Below are positions 31,799-47,026 of a stretch of DNA of 64,000 nucleotides, one piece after another. Within the stretch, counting starts at the first letter, position 1, and every line of letters starts with the position of its first letter. The position numbers and the translations under genes were made by a program. The notes beneath the pieces were generated by a model, which was given only the letters and a program-made list of their open reading frames with translations, was not told the origin of the DNA and made no database searches. This DNA comes from Eledone cirrhosa (Eukaryota). Location: the NCBI GenBank assembly GCA_964016885.1, contig OZ024743.1, positions 233,306,001 to 233,370,000 on the forward strand, read 5' to 3'.

Positions 31799-32104
31799 AT
31801 ATATATATATATATGTATCTGTGTGTTTCTAAATATATTGTTAATAACTCCATCTGGTCGAGTAATCTTTGAAGTGTGGTGACTGCTGGAAAGCTGCCAT
31901 TACTCATACTCCTCTCCCCCTTCACCACCTCTTCTACGGCTTCGATATAAATGCCTCCTCCGCCTCCGTGGTATTTTCTTCGGGGTTATAAGAGGCTTAG
32001 CTCTGTTTCTCGACCGTTATATCGCGTGACTATCTCCCCCTCCGCCTTTTGGGATTCTTTCTCACGTCGTGTAGACGCGTTCTTGAGGCTAGTAAAATGA
32101 GGTA

Positions 32105-32194
32105 TCCTCTTGATAAGTCGGTAGACCTCGCAAAGACTCTATATCTTTATGATGTATTGTTTTTGTTTATGCCACGAAACTACGTAGTCGAGGA
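32105..32194 (+). ncRNA. Degenerate type I hammerhead
   Basis: tcctc-TTGATAA...ac-GAAAC-TACGTA-GTC^gagga; core has two changes from CTGATGA. Confidence 0.55.
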
Positions 32195-32264
32195 ATCTAG
32201 GAGCAGTTTAGGTATGATACATTTTATTACTAATTATATCTAAATGTTTCTTCTCTCTTCATAA

Positions 32265-32710
<446 letters not shown>

Positions 32711-32861
32711 ATGCTTTGGGGGGGGGGTCATGTTGCCAATAAGAAACATACGTACCAGTTGCTTTCACTCCAATTTATTATAAATTAAATTTATAAATTT
32801 AAGAATTTATAAATTTTCGGTTGGTTGGTTGGTTCCACAAACAGTCGGTTGTTCATATATT

Positions 32862-32904
32862 GTCAAAGTTCTTTCGTCACACATTCTGTGACCTCTTCAG
32901 TGAC
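32862..32904 (-). ncRNA. Minimal type I hammerhead-like motif
   Basis: Reverse complement of 33077-33119. Confidence 0.65.
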
Positions 32905-33076
32905 TGGGGATTCTTTTCTTTGTTTTTGTGCCTCTCCCTTGTTCTGTCTCACGCCATCCTGTCCCTGTGTGTGCTGGATGTGACACATGCGCAAACTGAG
33001 CACACGGCACACACAGGGACAGGATGGCGTGGGACAGAACAAGGGAGAGGCACAAAAACAAAGAAAAGAATCCCCA

Positions 33077-33119
33077 GTCACTGAAGAGGTCACAGAATGT
33101 GTGACGAAAGAACTTTGAC
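33077..33119 (+). ncRNA. Minimal type I hammerhead-like motif
   Basis: gtca-CTGAAGA-g-gtcac/gtgac-GAAA-gaac-TT^tgac. Confidence 0.65.
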
Positions 33120-33489
33120 AATATATCAACAACCGTCCGGTTGTGGAACCAACCAACCAACCGGAAATTTATAAATTCTTAAATTTATAAATTTAATTTA
33201 TAATAAATTGGAGTGAAAGCAACTGATACGTATGTTTCTTATTGGCAACATGACCCTCCCAAAGCATAACAATATCGGTTTCAACACACGTTTTCAGATA
33301 AAGAATCTTGCTAAACAAATTCAGAAACGAAATATATATATATAAGAGAGTATTGAAGTTTGCTTGAAGCATTGTGGAATAATAGGTAAATATCTTTAAT
33401 ATATATATATTTTATATATATATATATATATATTTATTAAAATAACAGATTAAAGTTTAAGCAAAGAATCGCTGCTTTCACTCTTAACG

Positions 33490-34490
33490 GGATCTTCTGA
33501 AACTAAAAAGTCAATCCGTGAACGCAGGAGTAAATATTTCAAAAAACGTTGCAACTGAAGGAAGACAGGAAGATGATACTTTGGTTCGTGGAAACGTTTC
33601 CTGGCAAAGAACGGAAAAAACAAAGATAATACGTCATAATTTGGTGCGGTGAAAACAATTACACGCAAAGACAAAACCACGTTTATGGTATAAATGAAGT
33701 CGTAGACTAATATTCTATTTAGGAAACCGAATGATTCTCGGCTTCAGAGTTAAGAATAAAGTAAATAAAATACAGAGGTAATTGAAATTAAATATAGACA
33801 TACACGCATCCATATACGTACATACACAAGCATACGCGAAAACACTCGTTATGGGTATGCAAATACAAGCATGTACACACAAAAAAAATACGCACGCACA
33901 TACAGAACCCACGCAACGCCTGTACCCGCACATATACGAACGTATACACCAAACACACATACAAATATATATATGTGTGTGTGTGTGTGTGTGTTCGTGT
34001 ATACATCTACTATATAAATTGGAAGTGGTCGGGCGTTGTGTATTTAAGTAAGTAAGTGTAGTCGGATAAACGTCGAAACGGCTTGGGGGAATGCAGCGAA
34101 AATTTACATAGTTATGCAGAATGACCCGAAGATGCGTTGGGTCGACTTTTAGGGTACAAGCTTCCATGGTTACGGAGAAAATCGATGAAACAGGAATTTC
34201 CCATTCAAATTGAACTGAGAGTAATCTGTGAACGCAGAAGTAAATATTTCGAGAAACGTTCCAACCGAACGAAATCAGGAAGACGATATTTTGGTTCGTG
34301 AAGACGTTCCCTGGCAATGAACGAAAAAAAAAAGCGAGGATAATACGTCGTTATGTGGAGCGTAAGAACAATTTCATGCAAAGACAAGACCAAGTGTATG
34401 GTATAAATGGAGTCGTTAGACTAATATTCTATTTAACATAACAGAATGATTTCCAGCCCCGGAGTTTAAGAATGATGTAAATGAAATTGA
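33490..34490 (+). repeat. Diverged direct repeat of about 280 bp (33490-33780 vs 34215-34490)
   Basis: Shared gtgaacgcag.agtaaatatttc...tttggttcgtg...gactaatattctattta blocks. Confidence 0.75.
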
Positions 34491-34689
34491 AAACGAAAAT
34501 GACAGAAGTTATTAAAATAGTAAATAGTGCATTTACAGTATTTCACCAAACTTAAGACATAGGTTACTTATGTACTCCGGATGGTCATAGGCACTTTCAT
34601 TTTTCCAGATATTGATTATACGGTCTCCCGGCAGATAACCCCCTTTAACCACTTCCTTGGAGTCGACTGAAGAACTGCAGTGCAATGCA

Positions 34690-34946
34690 ACAAAACGTCA
34701 TAACTTCTGGATTGGCAACCGATTTTCACAAAACTTGACAAATGGGCTACGTTTATCCTACAGATGAATGTGAACTCTCAGAATTAGCACATATTGAGTA
34801 GGGGACCCCTGGGGGCAGGAACCATCTTTTGGAAAAAGCCGATGATTTTGTAAAAGTATAGTTTTCGAAGTAACTCTGAAGTATTGGCATAAATGGTATA
34901 CACAACTGCTATTTAATACCCGAACAACGCCGGGTACCTCTGCTAG
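34690..34946 (+). mobile_element. Helitron/Helentron-like non-autonomous element end
   Basis: Hairpin tacccg..cgggta followed by CTAG|T at 34943-34947; 5' boundary uncertain. Confidence 0.55.
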
Positions 34947-35032
34947 TAATATATATATAAATATACACACATAAATACGTATATAACGCGCGCACACACA
35001 TACCTACATGTAAATACACTTACTTTATTCTT

Positions 35033-35122
<90 letters not shown>

Positions 35123-35257
35123 TTACTTTATTCTTAACTTCTATATATATATATATAGAGAGAGAGATTATGAAAATATATAAATGAAAATATATAAAAA
35201 TATATAAATATAATTTTTTTATATATACAATATTTATTTTATAATATTTATGTTCTT

Positions 35258-35319
<62 letters not shown>

Positions 35320-35430
35320 AATTTATATCTAGTAACATTTATATACACACAGATGCATATCAATGCTAGCAAATATATAGGTTTTGTCTTATTAACAATG
35401 TGGTTCAATGCATGGGGTTGCAGAACAATA

Positions 35431-35966
<536 letters not shown>

Positions 35967-36080
35967 TATTGAGTTATATATGCATGTGTGTGTGTGTGTG
36001 TGTGTGTGTGTATACGTATGCATACGTATGTGTATGTATATATGTGTGTGTAGGTATATATGTGTATGTTAGTATGTATG

Positions 36081-36166
<86 letters not shown>

Positions 36167-36964
36167 AGAGTTAAATAAGGTTCATATGAATTATCTAAGA
36201 ATGAGTTTTACACACATATATATATATGTGTGTGTTTGTATTTGGTTGTGCGTGTTTGTGATATGTACGTATTTGTATGTGTATAATTGTATGGCTATGT
36301 ATGTGTGTGTATATATATATATATATATGTATGTATATGTGTGTGTATATATGTATATGTGTGTATGTGTGTGTGTGTATGTATTTGTGTATGCGTATAT
36401 ATGTGTTTATGTATTTGTATATGTATATTTATGTGTGAGAGTGTGTGTATGTATTTATTTTTACGTATGTATGTGTACGTGCGTTTGTGTGTATTGCTTA
36501 CCACGTGTGTTTGTTCATTTATTTGTTGCCTGTATCGCTGTCAACTTTATAATAGTCCTTATTTTCTTTTTTATGTCTTTTATTATTATATATATTTTTT
36601 CTTATATTTATTTGCGTGTGTGAATATGTAGAGGTGTGTGTATATTTTTTTATTTTTGTGCATGCATATGTATGCATATATATATGTGTGTATGTATGTA
36701 CGTGTGTATATACGTATGATTGTGTGTATGTATGTATATGTATGTGTGTATGGCTATGTATGTGTATGCATATATATATTTATATTTCTATATATATATG
36801 TATATATATGTGTGTGGTTGTATATATGTATGTGTATGTATGGATATGTTGATATTTATGTGTGTGTATATGTATGTGTATGTATATATATACACATATA
36901 TATGTGTATATGTGTGTGTATGTATGTGTGTATGTATATATATATATATGTGTGTATGTATATA

Positions 36965-37041
<77 letters not shown>

Positions 37042-37237
37042 ATGTGTGTTTTTATTTTATTTTTCCTTTCCTTCTTCCTTCTCCAGCCTCACTTTCATAT
37101 AGATTGCATTTTTGTTTTTAGAATCCAATATCAATAAATACACCAGGATTTTTTCATTCTGATGATTGAAAGCAAAACTTTTTGCTTTTAAGAAACCACT
37201 GGTAAATGGAATAATTGCCTTATATTGTTTATTACAT

Positions 37238-37341
<104 letters not shown>

Positions 37342-37439
37342 ACCCCACTCGTCCCTTCAATCTTTCTAATTTCTCATTATTTCTTGAGTCAACCTAATAT
37401 ATTCTTTCTATATACTGTACCGACTCTGTTATTATTTCT

Positions 37440-37590
37440 GTCATATACAGTGTCCCGACAGCTAACAACGGATGCAAGTAGTTTTTTCCATGCTTCAGCA
37501 ACTCTGAGCGTGAAAAAATGTTTCCGAAAGTCATGGGAGCTGTACTGTTTTCTGATTTTGTAAGCATGTCCATGGAATGATTTTGTAAGC
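37440..37590 (-). mobile_element. CR1-like LINE 3' remnant
   Basis: DFRKHFFTLRVAEAWKKL motif. Confidence 0.55.
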
Positions 37591-38732
37591 ATGTCATATG
37601 GAATGCAAAGAAGAATGCGTCCCCATAAGGTTGTTTTTTTTAAACATCAAAGTTATCTCCCTTGCAAACTTGAATATTTCTACCAGTTGTTACTTTTATT
37701 ATAGATTTTTAGTTATAATTCTCATTAAGACTTTACCTATTCATTGTTCGATTTATATACACAGTAAAATAGTACGTAGAAAAAATGAAGTTTATAGTAA
37801 AAAATATTTAATTTAATAATTCCTTGATCACAACATTCTATGTAAATATGCTTGAGTCCACGATTTTCCTTAACTTTCTCTCTTTTCTTTCTCCGATGCA
37901 TTGTTAAATAGATAGATATATTTCTTTATTTATTATTTATTTATTTAAATAAAGAAATATATCTATCTATTTAACTATGCCCGCAGATAGATAGGCAAAC
38001 ACATAGGGAGAGAAAATATGAAAGAAATTTATTGTAATTGATTTAAATGTCCAGAGAACACTTCACACCTCTGAACATAGAACATGTGTAAACTTCTTTT
38101 CTGCCTTTCCCTTTGCTAGATATACTTGGCGCCTGGCCTCCTTTCTTGCTATCTGGCATTACTTTTTATCTCCTTCATTTCTCCAAACAGTCGAGGTCAG
38201 TATTTAAGCAGTGTTTCTCTGAAGCCAGTTGAGAGTGTATATGACACAGGACCGTGATCGCTAGCGTTATGCAGTAATACAGAAGACCCACCTTCCCGTG
38301 TGCAGGGGCTGAGGCTAGTATGCGCCACTTTTCCTTCCATAACCCCTCCAACGTTGTAACATTCCACTTGCGTCCTATCACCCCATCAACGTTGTAACAC
38401 TCCACCCACATACTAACATCCCCACACGTCCTAACATTCCATCTGTGTCTTAACATCTTACCCCTACATCAGTATTTAGCGATAATCATCATCCTCTGTG
38501 CCTGAGGTATCTGTCAGGTTGCCAGTCCAGCAGTTTTAAAGAAGTGCTCAAACTGATTCAAAAAATGAGGAAGTAAATTACCGCCAAAAAAACAATACAT
38601 GCGCATGACAATGAATTCTGAAAGGAATTCAGGCCACGTGCTAAGAACTATGTATGTATGTATGTATGTATGTATGTATGTATGTATGTATGTATGTATG
38701 TATGTATGTATGTATGTATGTATGTATGTATG

Positions 38733-39546
<814 letters not shown>

Positions 39547-39582
39547 ATGTATGTATAAATATATATGCATATGTATATACAC

Positions 39583-39835
39583 GCATGGTTTAATGGTTAG
39601 AGCCTCGGGCTTACAATTGTGAGGTTGTCAGTTCGATTCTCGGACCGGGCTTTGCGTTGTGTTCTTGTGAATGACACTTTATTTCACTTTTGTTCCAGGA
39701 CACTCAGCTGTAGAAATGGCGCCAAGTTGTATAAGCCTTTGCCTTTCCTTTGGACAACATCGGTGGAAAAGGGAGCCTGAGCGACAGCTGGTCTTCCACA
39801 AACAAACTTGCCCAGACTTGTACATGGGAGGGGAT
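39583..39835 (+). mobile_element. tRNA-derived CORE-like SINE
   Basis: Box A tggtttaatgg, box B gttcgattc, then ttgtgttcttg..acactttatttcac; related minus-strand copy near 41410-41580. Confidence 0.6.
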
Positions 39836-40501
39836 CTTTACCTATATATATATATGTGTGTATGTATATATGTATGTATGCATTGGGTGCTACTGGTAAC
39901 ATGTAACCCAGTACAACCTGTCGCATGGTCGGGTCGTCGGCGACTAAACCGGCAACCCCACCAAGTTTACTTGGTGAGGAGGGTGATTTTGGACACCCTG
40001 CAGGGCAAAAAACAAAACCTGACAAAGGGCGGAAGAACTCATAAGAGTCAACGGCCATCCGAAAGTGTGTAAATATGTATATATACATGTACCACGCGGT
40101 TAAACCACTGGGAGAGAAGGAAGCCTAGCCTTTGTCAGGGCATTCTTCTTGGAGAAGGCAACTCAGCAAACTGGGATAACTCCGATATAAAACCTGCGGC
40201 TCAGTAGTTACCGATAATGTTGATCTTTTCTTCTTTTCGGGTTATAGCTACTATCGCTCAGAGAGTGGGATTGGCTCAGTGCACAGTCTTTCCTCACTTT
40301 AAAAAATATCTTCACGCACAGGCATTGCACGATAGAATTAATTAATAATTATTAATAATGGTATATCGTTCAATGGCCATACTCAATAACGAGGGGGCAG
40401 CCATCGTGTATGTATATATACCTGTACATATACATATCGATTGAGTCCAGAAATAGCCGTTGAAACGGCTTGAGCTCTGCCGTCGGGGTCTTGAACATTT
40501 T

Positions 40502-40597
<96 letters not shown>

Positions 40598-41034
40598 CGG
40601 GTAGAATGGTGGTACGAATGGTTGTGTGGTGGTGTTGATTCAGTTGTTGTGTGTCTACTCATTTGTGGATTGCTCTGTGGTATGGTCACTGTTATGTAGA
40701 GTGTAGGCGAGAGAAGCTTAATGTGCCTGATACAGTGTGACCAGAGATTGTGGTTGTGCATGTAAGTGAATAGCAGTGTTCATTATGATGATGATGATGA
40801 TTATGATGATGGTTCCTTTCAAGTAGGAAATGAAATATATAAAAACCACGATAACACAAAGCCGCTATGTTACTTAAATATAACTTTCGCCGAAGTTATA
40901 TGACAATACACGAAGAACAAATAAACACAGATGAATTATGTGTTTGGATGATGTGTATACGTGTTTGTTTGCAAAAATATAATTGAAAGTGTATTTACCA
41001 AAACTTCTGTTGATGTGATGGATTTCGATGGGTT

Positions 41035-41110
<76 letters not shown>

Positions 41111-41291
41111 GTGGAAAGCAATGACTACATGCTTACTCTTAGAACTAGACCACCCGTGACCCGTTGGGTCACTTTCACTTAAAAGTATATATTTTTTAAA
41201 ATCATGTTCACTTAAAAATAATTTTTTAAATAATTAAAATATACACATATATGTATATAATGTAAATTGAAATTGTAAGGCCCATGTCTGT

Positions 41292-41381
<90 letters not shown>

Positions 41382-41599
41382 ATATCGACATTCGATCGAC
41401 TTTCCTCAAATCGGACCGAGGAAACTATGTTTCCATTGGTCTTTCCAATTGCTAATTCTATCTATCGGTCGCCACTCAAGGTAGAAGGAGCAACGTGAAA
41501 TAAAGTGTCTTGCTCAAGAACATAATGCATCACCCGGTTCGGAAATCGAACTCACATCTTCGCGATTGCGAATCCAACGCACCTTTACATATATACATA

Positions 41600-44277
41600 T
41601 GTAGCGAAATCTGTCCGCGCCCTGAACTTTGGGTGATACCTAAAGGTTAAATTCTAGGTCCACGCCCTTTTGGTGTAGACAGGTTGATGCGTTGGCTATC
41701 CCCTCAAGGTGGGGAGACAGGAAGCGATAGCTACATAAAGCCTATATTTTCCCACTTTACACATAGAGACATCGGAGCGATAGGATACACAACTAAGTAT
41801 GTGAAGATTAACCGCTAACTTCAGACCCCAGCGGTCTACAGAAAAGCCAGAGACATCGGAGCATTACGCTAGCAACTAACTATGTAAGGATTCACCACTA
41901 TCAACAGACCCTATGAGGTCTACAGATACACACACAGAGATTGGATCCCTACTACTACAGACCATGTTCAAGCCACAGTGGTCTACCACCAATTACAGAC
42001 CATTCAGAGATATACAAACCATATCTCTCTCTCTTACTAACTACGGTCTCACAACTACTACCACGGACTTCAAATTCCAACAACAACAACAATTATTTGT
42101 CGCTCGCTGTTTTCACTCCAACAACAACAATTATCTGTCACTCGCTGTTTTCACACCAACAACAACAGACTACAACAGCCTCACATTAGCAGCAATAACT
42201 ATATTAACAACTCTTGGTAACTTTTTTTATATGTACTTTTTAATTGATTCACGTGAAGTAAACCATATATAACTAAATCATTTATTCTTTATATTCTCGT
42301 TATTACTCCTATACTTATTATTATTGTTAATCCATCTAACAACATATAACTATTACATAATTCATTTTAACCCTTCGTTAAATTGCTAAAACCCGACGTG
42401 ATTTAAAAAAACAAAACAAAAAAAAAACGAATTGGTATTTTAAAAAAAAATTAAAATAACACGCAGCCTATTTGATCTGATCATGGCTTTATTTGCCAAC
42501 CTCAGCAATATACAGTTACCAAACACTTCACTTGCTTCATAACCTACAACAGACAATTACTACTAGCTTCTTAGCAAGAAAACCATCACATAGGGAAGAG
42601 GAAATCGAACTTTTTTTTTTAAAGAACAATTAGAAAAATTATTAAAAAAAATTTTTTTTTTACAGGTTATATATGAATGTCATTTTTATATATATATTCT
42701 TTTATTATTCGTTTTACTGTATTATATGCCTGTATTAATAACACGTTTTACATCAAACACACATCATTTTCCTTGTCACACACCAACATATTTTTGTCTG
42801 TGGTATATTCTGGATTCGGTTGGGTCGCTGCGGGATCATTTTTCAACTGGTCAAGGTACGGCGAAAGCTATGAAACACATGATAATCAGCCAACGGTTAC
42901 TTTTAGCTCGACTCACTGAGCACGCAACTCAAAATTGCACACACTCATGTCATAGCATAAACCTCGACTCACGGGAAGAGAATCTTACGTATGATAATAC
43001 ATCGAGATTCAATTGGTCAAGGTTCGACAATAGCTATTTAACACATGATAATCAAACCACGGTTACTTAATCGCTCGACTCACTGAGCATGCAACTCAAA
43101 ATTGCACACACTCATGTCATAGCGTAAACGTCGACTCACTGAAGAGAATCTTACGTATGATGATACATCGAGAGAAATAGTCCTCTGTGTTGTCATATCG
43201 TAATCCGATACCGTAACCCATCCATTCATACACAACAGTTCGAAATACATGGTCACAACTTTGTATTTTTACAGTTCCTTCCAAATGTTACACACACACA
43301 TGCATACTGAGTTATACTATATTTTTTTTCTCTCTCCAAATTTCTCTACACTCGAAGTGCGGGCGCAGTACCCACATTTAGTGTTTCGGGACACGCTTCT
43401 GGGAATCGGATTCTGCTACCCATTTTATAATCGATCGCTGCTCCAGCATCGATCTGGGTAGGGAACTAATGTAGCGAAATCTGTCCGCGCCCTGAACTTT
43501 GGGTGATACCTAAAGGTTAAATTCTAGGTCCACGCCCTTTTGGTGTAGACAGGTTGATGCGTTGGCTATCCCCTCAAGGTGGGGAGACAGGAAGCGATAG
43601 CTACAGAAAGCCTATATTTTCCCACTTTACACATAGAGACATCGGAGCGATAGGATACACAACTAAGTATGTAAAGATTAACCGCTAACTTCAGACCCCA
43701 GCGGTCTACAGAAAAGCCAGAGACATCGCTAGCAACTAACTATGTAAGGATTCACCACTATCAACAGACCCTATGAGGTCTACAGATACAGACACAGAGA
43801 TTGGATCCCTACTACTACAGACCATGTACAAGCCACAGTGGTCTACCACCAATTACAGACCATTCAGAGATATACAAACCATATCTCTCTCTCTTACTAA
43901 CTACAGTCTCACAACTACTATCACGGACTCCAAATTCCAACAACAACAACAACAATTATTTGTCGCTCGCTGTTTTCACTCCTACAACAACAATTATCTG
44001 TCGCTCGCTGTTTTCACACCAACAACAACAGACTACAACAGCCTCACATTAGCAGCAATAACTATATTAACAACTCTTGGTAACTTTTTATATATACTTT
44101 TTAATTGATTCACGTGAAGTAAACTATATATAACCAAATCATTTATTCTTTATATACACGTTATTACATTTACCTTTATTATTATTATCATTTCATCTAA
44201 TAATCATGTTACCACATCCAACATCTAACAATTATGTTAAATCCTTCTAACTAAAAATCATTTTAACCCTTCGTTAA
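41600..44277 (+). mobile_element. Non-autonomous LTR retroelement (LARD/TRIM-like), no coding capacity
   Basis: LTRs at 41600-42381 and 43470-44277, degenerate tRNA-Trp-type PBS at 42384, PPT gggtagggaa, flanks acata/gcata. Confidence 0.85.
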
Positions 44278-44353
44278 GCATATATATATAAATGTGTGTG
44301 AGTGTGTGTGTGTGTGTGTGTGTGTTGGGGGTGGGGGTGTCTGCGACCTATAT

Positions 44354-45724
44354 CAGTGCTACTCAAAGTGGTGGTCCGCGGACCGGTGCCGGTACGCGAG
44401 CCATCAGCTACCGGTACGCGGCCAGTGTCCAGGCCATGCTAAGGAATCATTTGAGGAATTGGTAGAATCTAAGGAATTTCAAGGAAAGTTTAGGCTGTGA
44501 CTGCTAGTTTCAGTAATTTGTCCTTATGCAATGAAAACGGGGGGTGAAAATTATATGACAATAATAGGTAAATTAACCTGATAGTAAAAATATAAGTTGA
44601 TAATATATCATAGTTTTCTATGAAGAAAGAAAGTCAAATAACAGAAAATGGACCGTGCAGCATCAGTTTCGGTGACTAAACGACCTACTGCAGTAAGTAA
44701 ACAACTTATCAGTTGGCCGGTGGTGACGCGTGGTACTTATCGGTTGTGGTAGAGATTATGTAAGTAAATGTAGTATATTTGTGATATTGTAATGCCGCCA
44801 AATGATACTTTAGTCTCCCTTCAAAACCATGGTCCCTTTACTTCGGCCCGTATCCCAAAATAAATTATTTCTTCCCATAATGTAACTGTTTTCTCACGCT
44901 TAAAATAGCCTGATTAATTCTTAACAGTAAAAAGACATTATTTAATTGGTATTCCCTCATTCCCATGAGTGTTATTAAGATAAAGTACAGGAATAATATG
45001 GATATTCATTCTCCATTGCGCGTGGCACTGTCCTCAATTGAACCACGACTGGATAAACTGACAAAGAAGAAGAAGGCTCACCTTTCACACTAGTAAAGAT
45101 TAAGGTTATATCATTTTTATTTTTGTGTTAATAAACTGCTTGTTATTTTTTTTATTACTTTTTTTATATGTTTTGATATTGTACATATAAGAGACTCTAG
45201 ATGTGACCTGTTCTACTAGACTATCCTATGATAGCCATATCAGAGACTCTAGATGTGACCTGTTCTGCTAGACTATCTTATGATAGTCAAAAACAAATAG
45301 AAGATAAAAAATGGTCAACTTTTATTATATTCATTATATATATCGTTTCCGGTATAAATTAATATTACTACGAAATATTAGCGGTAAAAAAAAATTGAAA
45401 AAAAAAAATGCCGGTCCGCCACATTAGATAGTTTGAGAAACACTGACCTCTTATGATAGCCATATAAGAGACTCTAGATGTGACCTGTTCTACTAGACTA
45501 TCCTATGATAGCCATATCAGAGACTCTAGATGTGACCTGTTCTGCTAGACTATCTTATGATAGTCAAAAACAAATAGAAGATAAAAAAATGGTCAACTTT
45601 TATTATATTCATTATATATATCGTTTCCGGTATAAATTAATATTACTACGAAATATTAGCGGTAAAAAAAAAATTGAAAAAAAAAAATGCCGGTCCGCCA
45701 CATTAGATAGTTTGAGAAACACTG
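44354..45724 (+). mobile_element. hAT (Charlie/Buster-like) deletion derivative with duplicated 3' end
   Basis: TIRs cagtgctactcaaa / tttgagaaacactg, 8-bp TSD acctatat, transposase tail KYRNNMDI..LRVALS..PRL..LSH* near 44975-45093. Confidence 0.9.
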
Positions 45725-45752
45725 ACCTATATGACACACTGGACACACACGC

Positions 45753-45797
<45 letters not shown>

Positions 45798-45854
45798 GAC
45801 TGCCATGACTAAATTATAACCATCAACATAGTCAAGGTATGTCAAGCATCAACT

Positions 45855-45919
45855 TATTTTATCTGATGAGTCGTACTGTTGAAATAGCTCAGTATCTCTG
45901 AAATATGTATAATAAAATA
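45855..45919 (+). ncRNA. Type I hammerhead within a 170-bp insert between (TA)n tracts
   Basis: tattttat-CTGATGA-g..tactg/cagta..-GAAA-tatgta-TA^ataaaata; stems I and III identical to 21916. Confidence 0.75.
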
Positions 45920-45961
45920 TATTTGATCACATGAATGTCTATATTTATTAATACTTTGAAG

Positions 45962-46032
<71 letters not shown>

Positions 46033-47026
46033 GCGGCCTCTTACGGCTGTAACTCAGCACGTATAGGAGTTGCGTCCTTTTGTTACAGTCGCAACTCCCA
46101 GTGGCAGATACGCATAGGAGTTGCGTCCCTTTGTGACGGTCGCGACTCCCAGTGGCAGACCAATGTACTAAATGGAGTTGCGTGCCCCTGGAGACTATAT
46201 ATTTGAGAACATCAAGGCATTAATTCTCTCACTTCCTGCACCAGCAGCCGAAAGAATCACTTGAACCTTACCAAGAGAAGATTTCTGCTCTTCTCTACAC
46301 GCTCCAGTCTGGGAGTTGTCACCGACTGACCATCAACATGTGGTAAAAATTATTTCTATTAATTTATTTGACTTCTGTGAAGTAAGACCATGTCACAACA
46401 CTCACATGCATTTATTGTCATTCTTAATAATATATATACACTGATACCAAAATTCTAAATTGGTGACCTGACGTTTAAAAAAAAAAAAAAGAATGGGAAA
46501 CGGTACCATGTGTATATAAAAAAAAAGAGAAAGAAAAAAACATTTAATACAGAACAACAGGCTTCATTCTGATCTGGCTGTATTTTACTGATTTCAGCAT
46601 CTTTATCTGTAACGTTTAACAATCAAACTCCTCATATGTGCAAAGCGAACATTCCATTTATTTACACACAAACACAAAAAAAAGATAACATTATATTGCT
46701 GCTAGCTTCATAGCAAAACAACAATTGTATGAATGTTTTTTTTCTTTTATTCTCTTCTTTTCTCTGGCTAAAATTTTTGAGGATGACAAGATGGCGACTT
46801 TCTTCTCCATCAATAGTGTTTATGGCGCGAAATCGTCCGCCATGTTGGTTTTAGTTTTAAATTCCCTGCCTATACCTTGTTAATGACATCGATCGGTTAG
46901 TCGCTCCTTTACATGTTGTCTCGGATGCATTATTTTTCCTGTCCAGTTGTTTGACAGAGAAAAACAAGCGATTTTGTTTTCCTTTTCCCTCGTGTTGGAG
47001 ACATTTTTCCAACGGAGACGATTTTT

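Noticed and set aside
37904-37975. Small AT-rich hairpins (also 26405-26500 and 56479-56506)
   Set aside because: Short and low complexity with no clear ribozyme core or TSD; origin cannot be supported
43139-43185. CTGAAGA...GAAA hammerhead candidate
   Set aside because: No stem I pairing, and the sister repeat unit lacks the core
45184-45290. Short tandem repeats as a CRISPR-like array (also 50420-50565)
   Set aside because: Contiguous units without unique spacers, inside eukaryotic transposons
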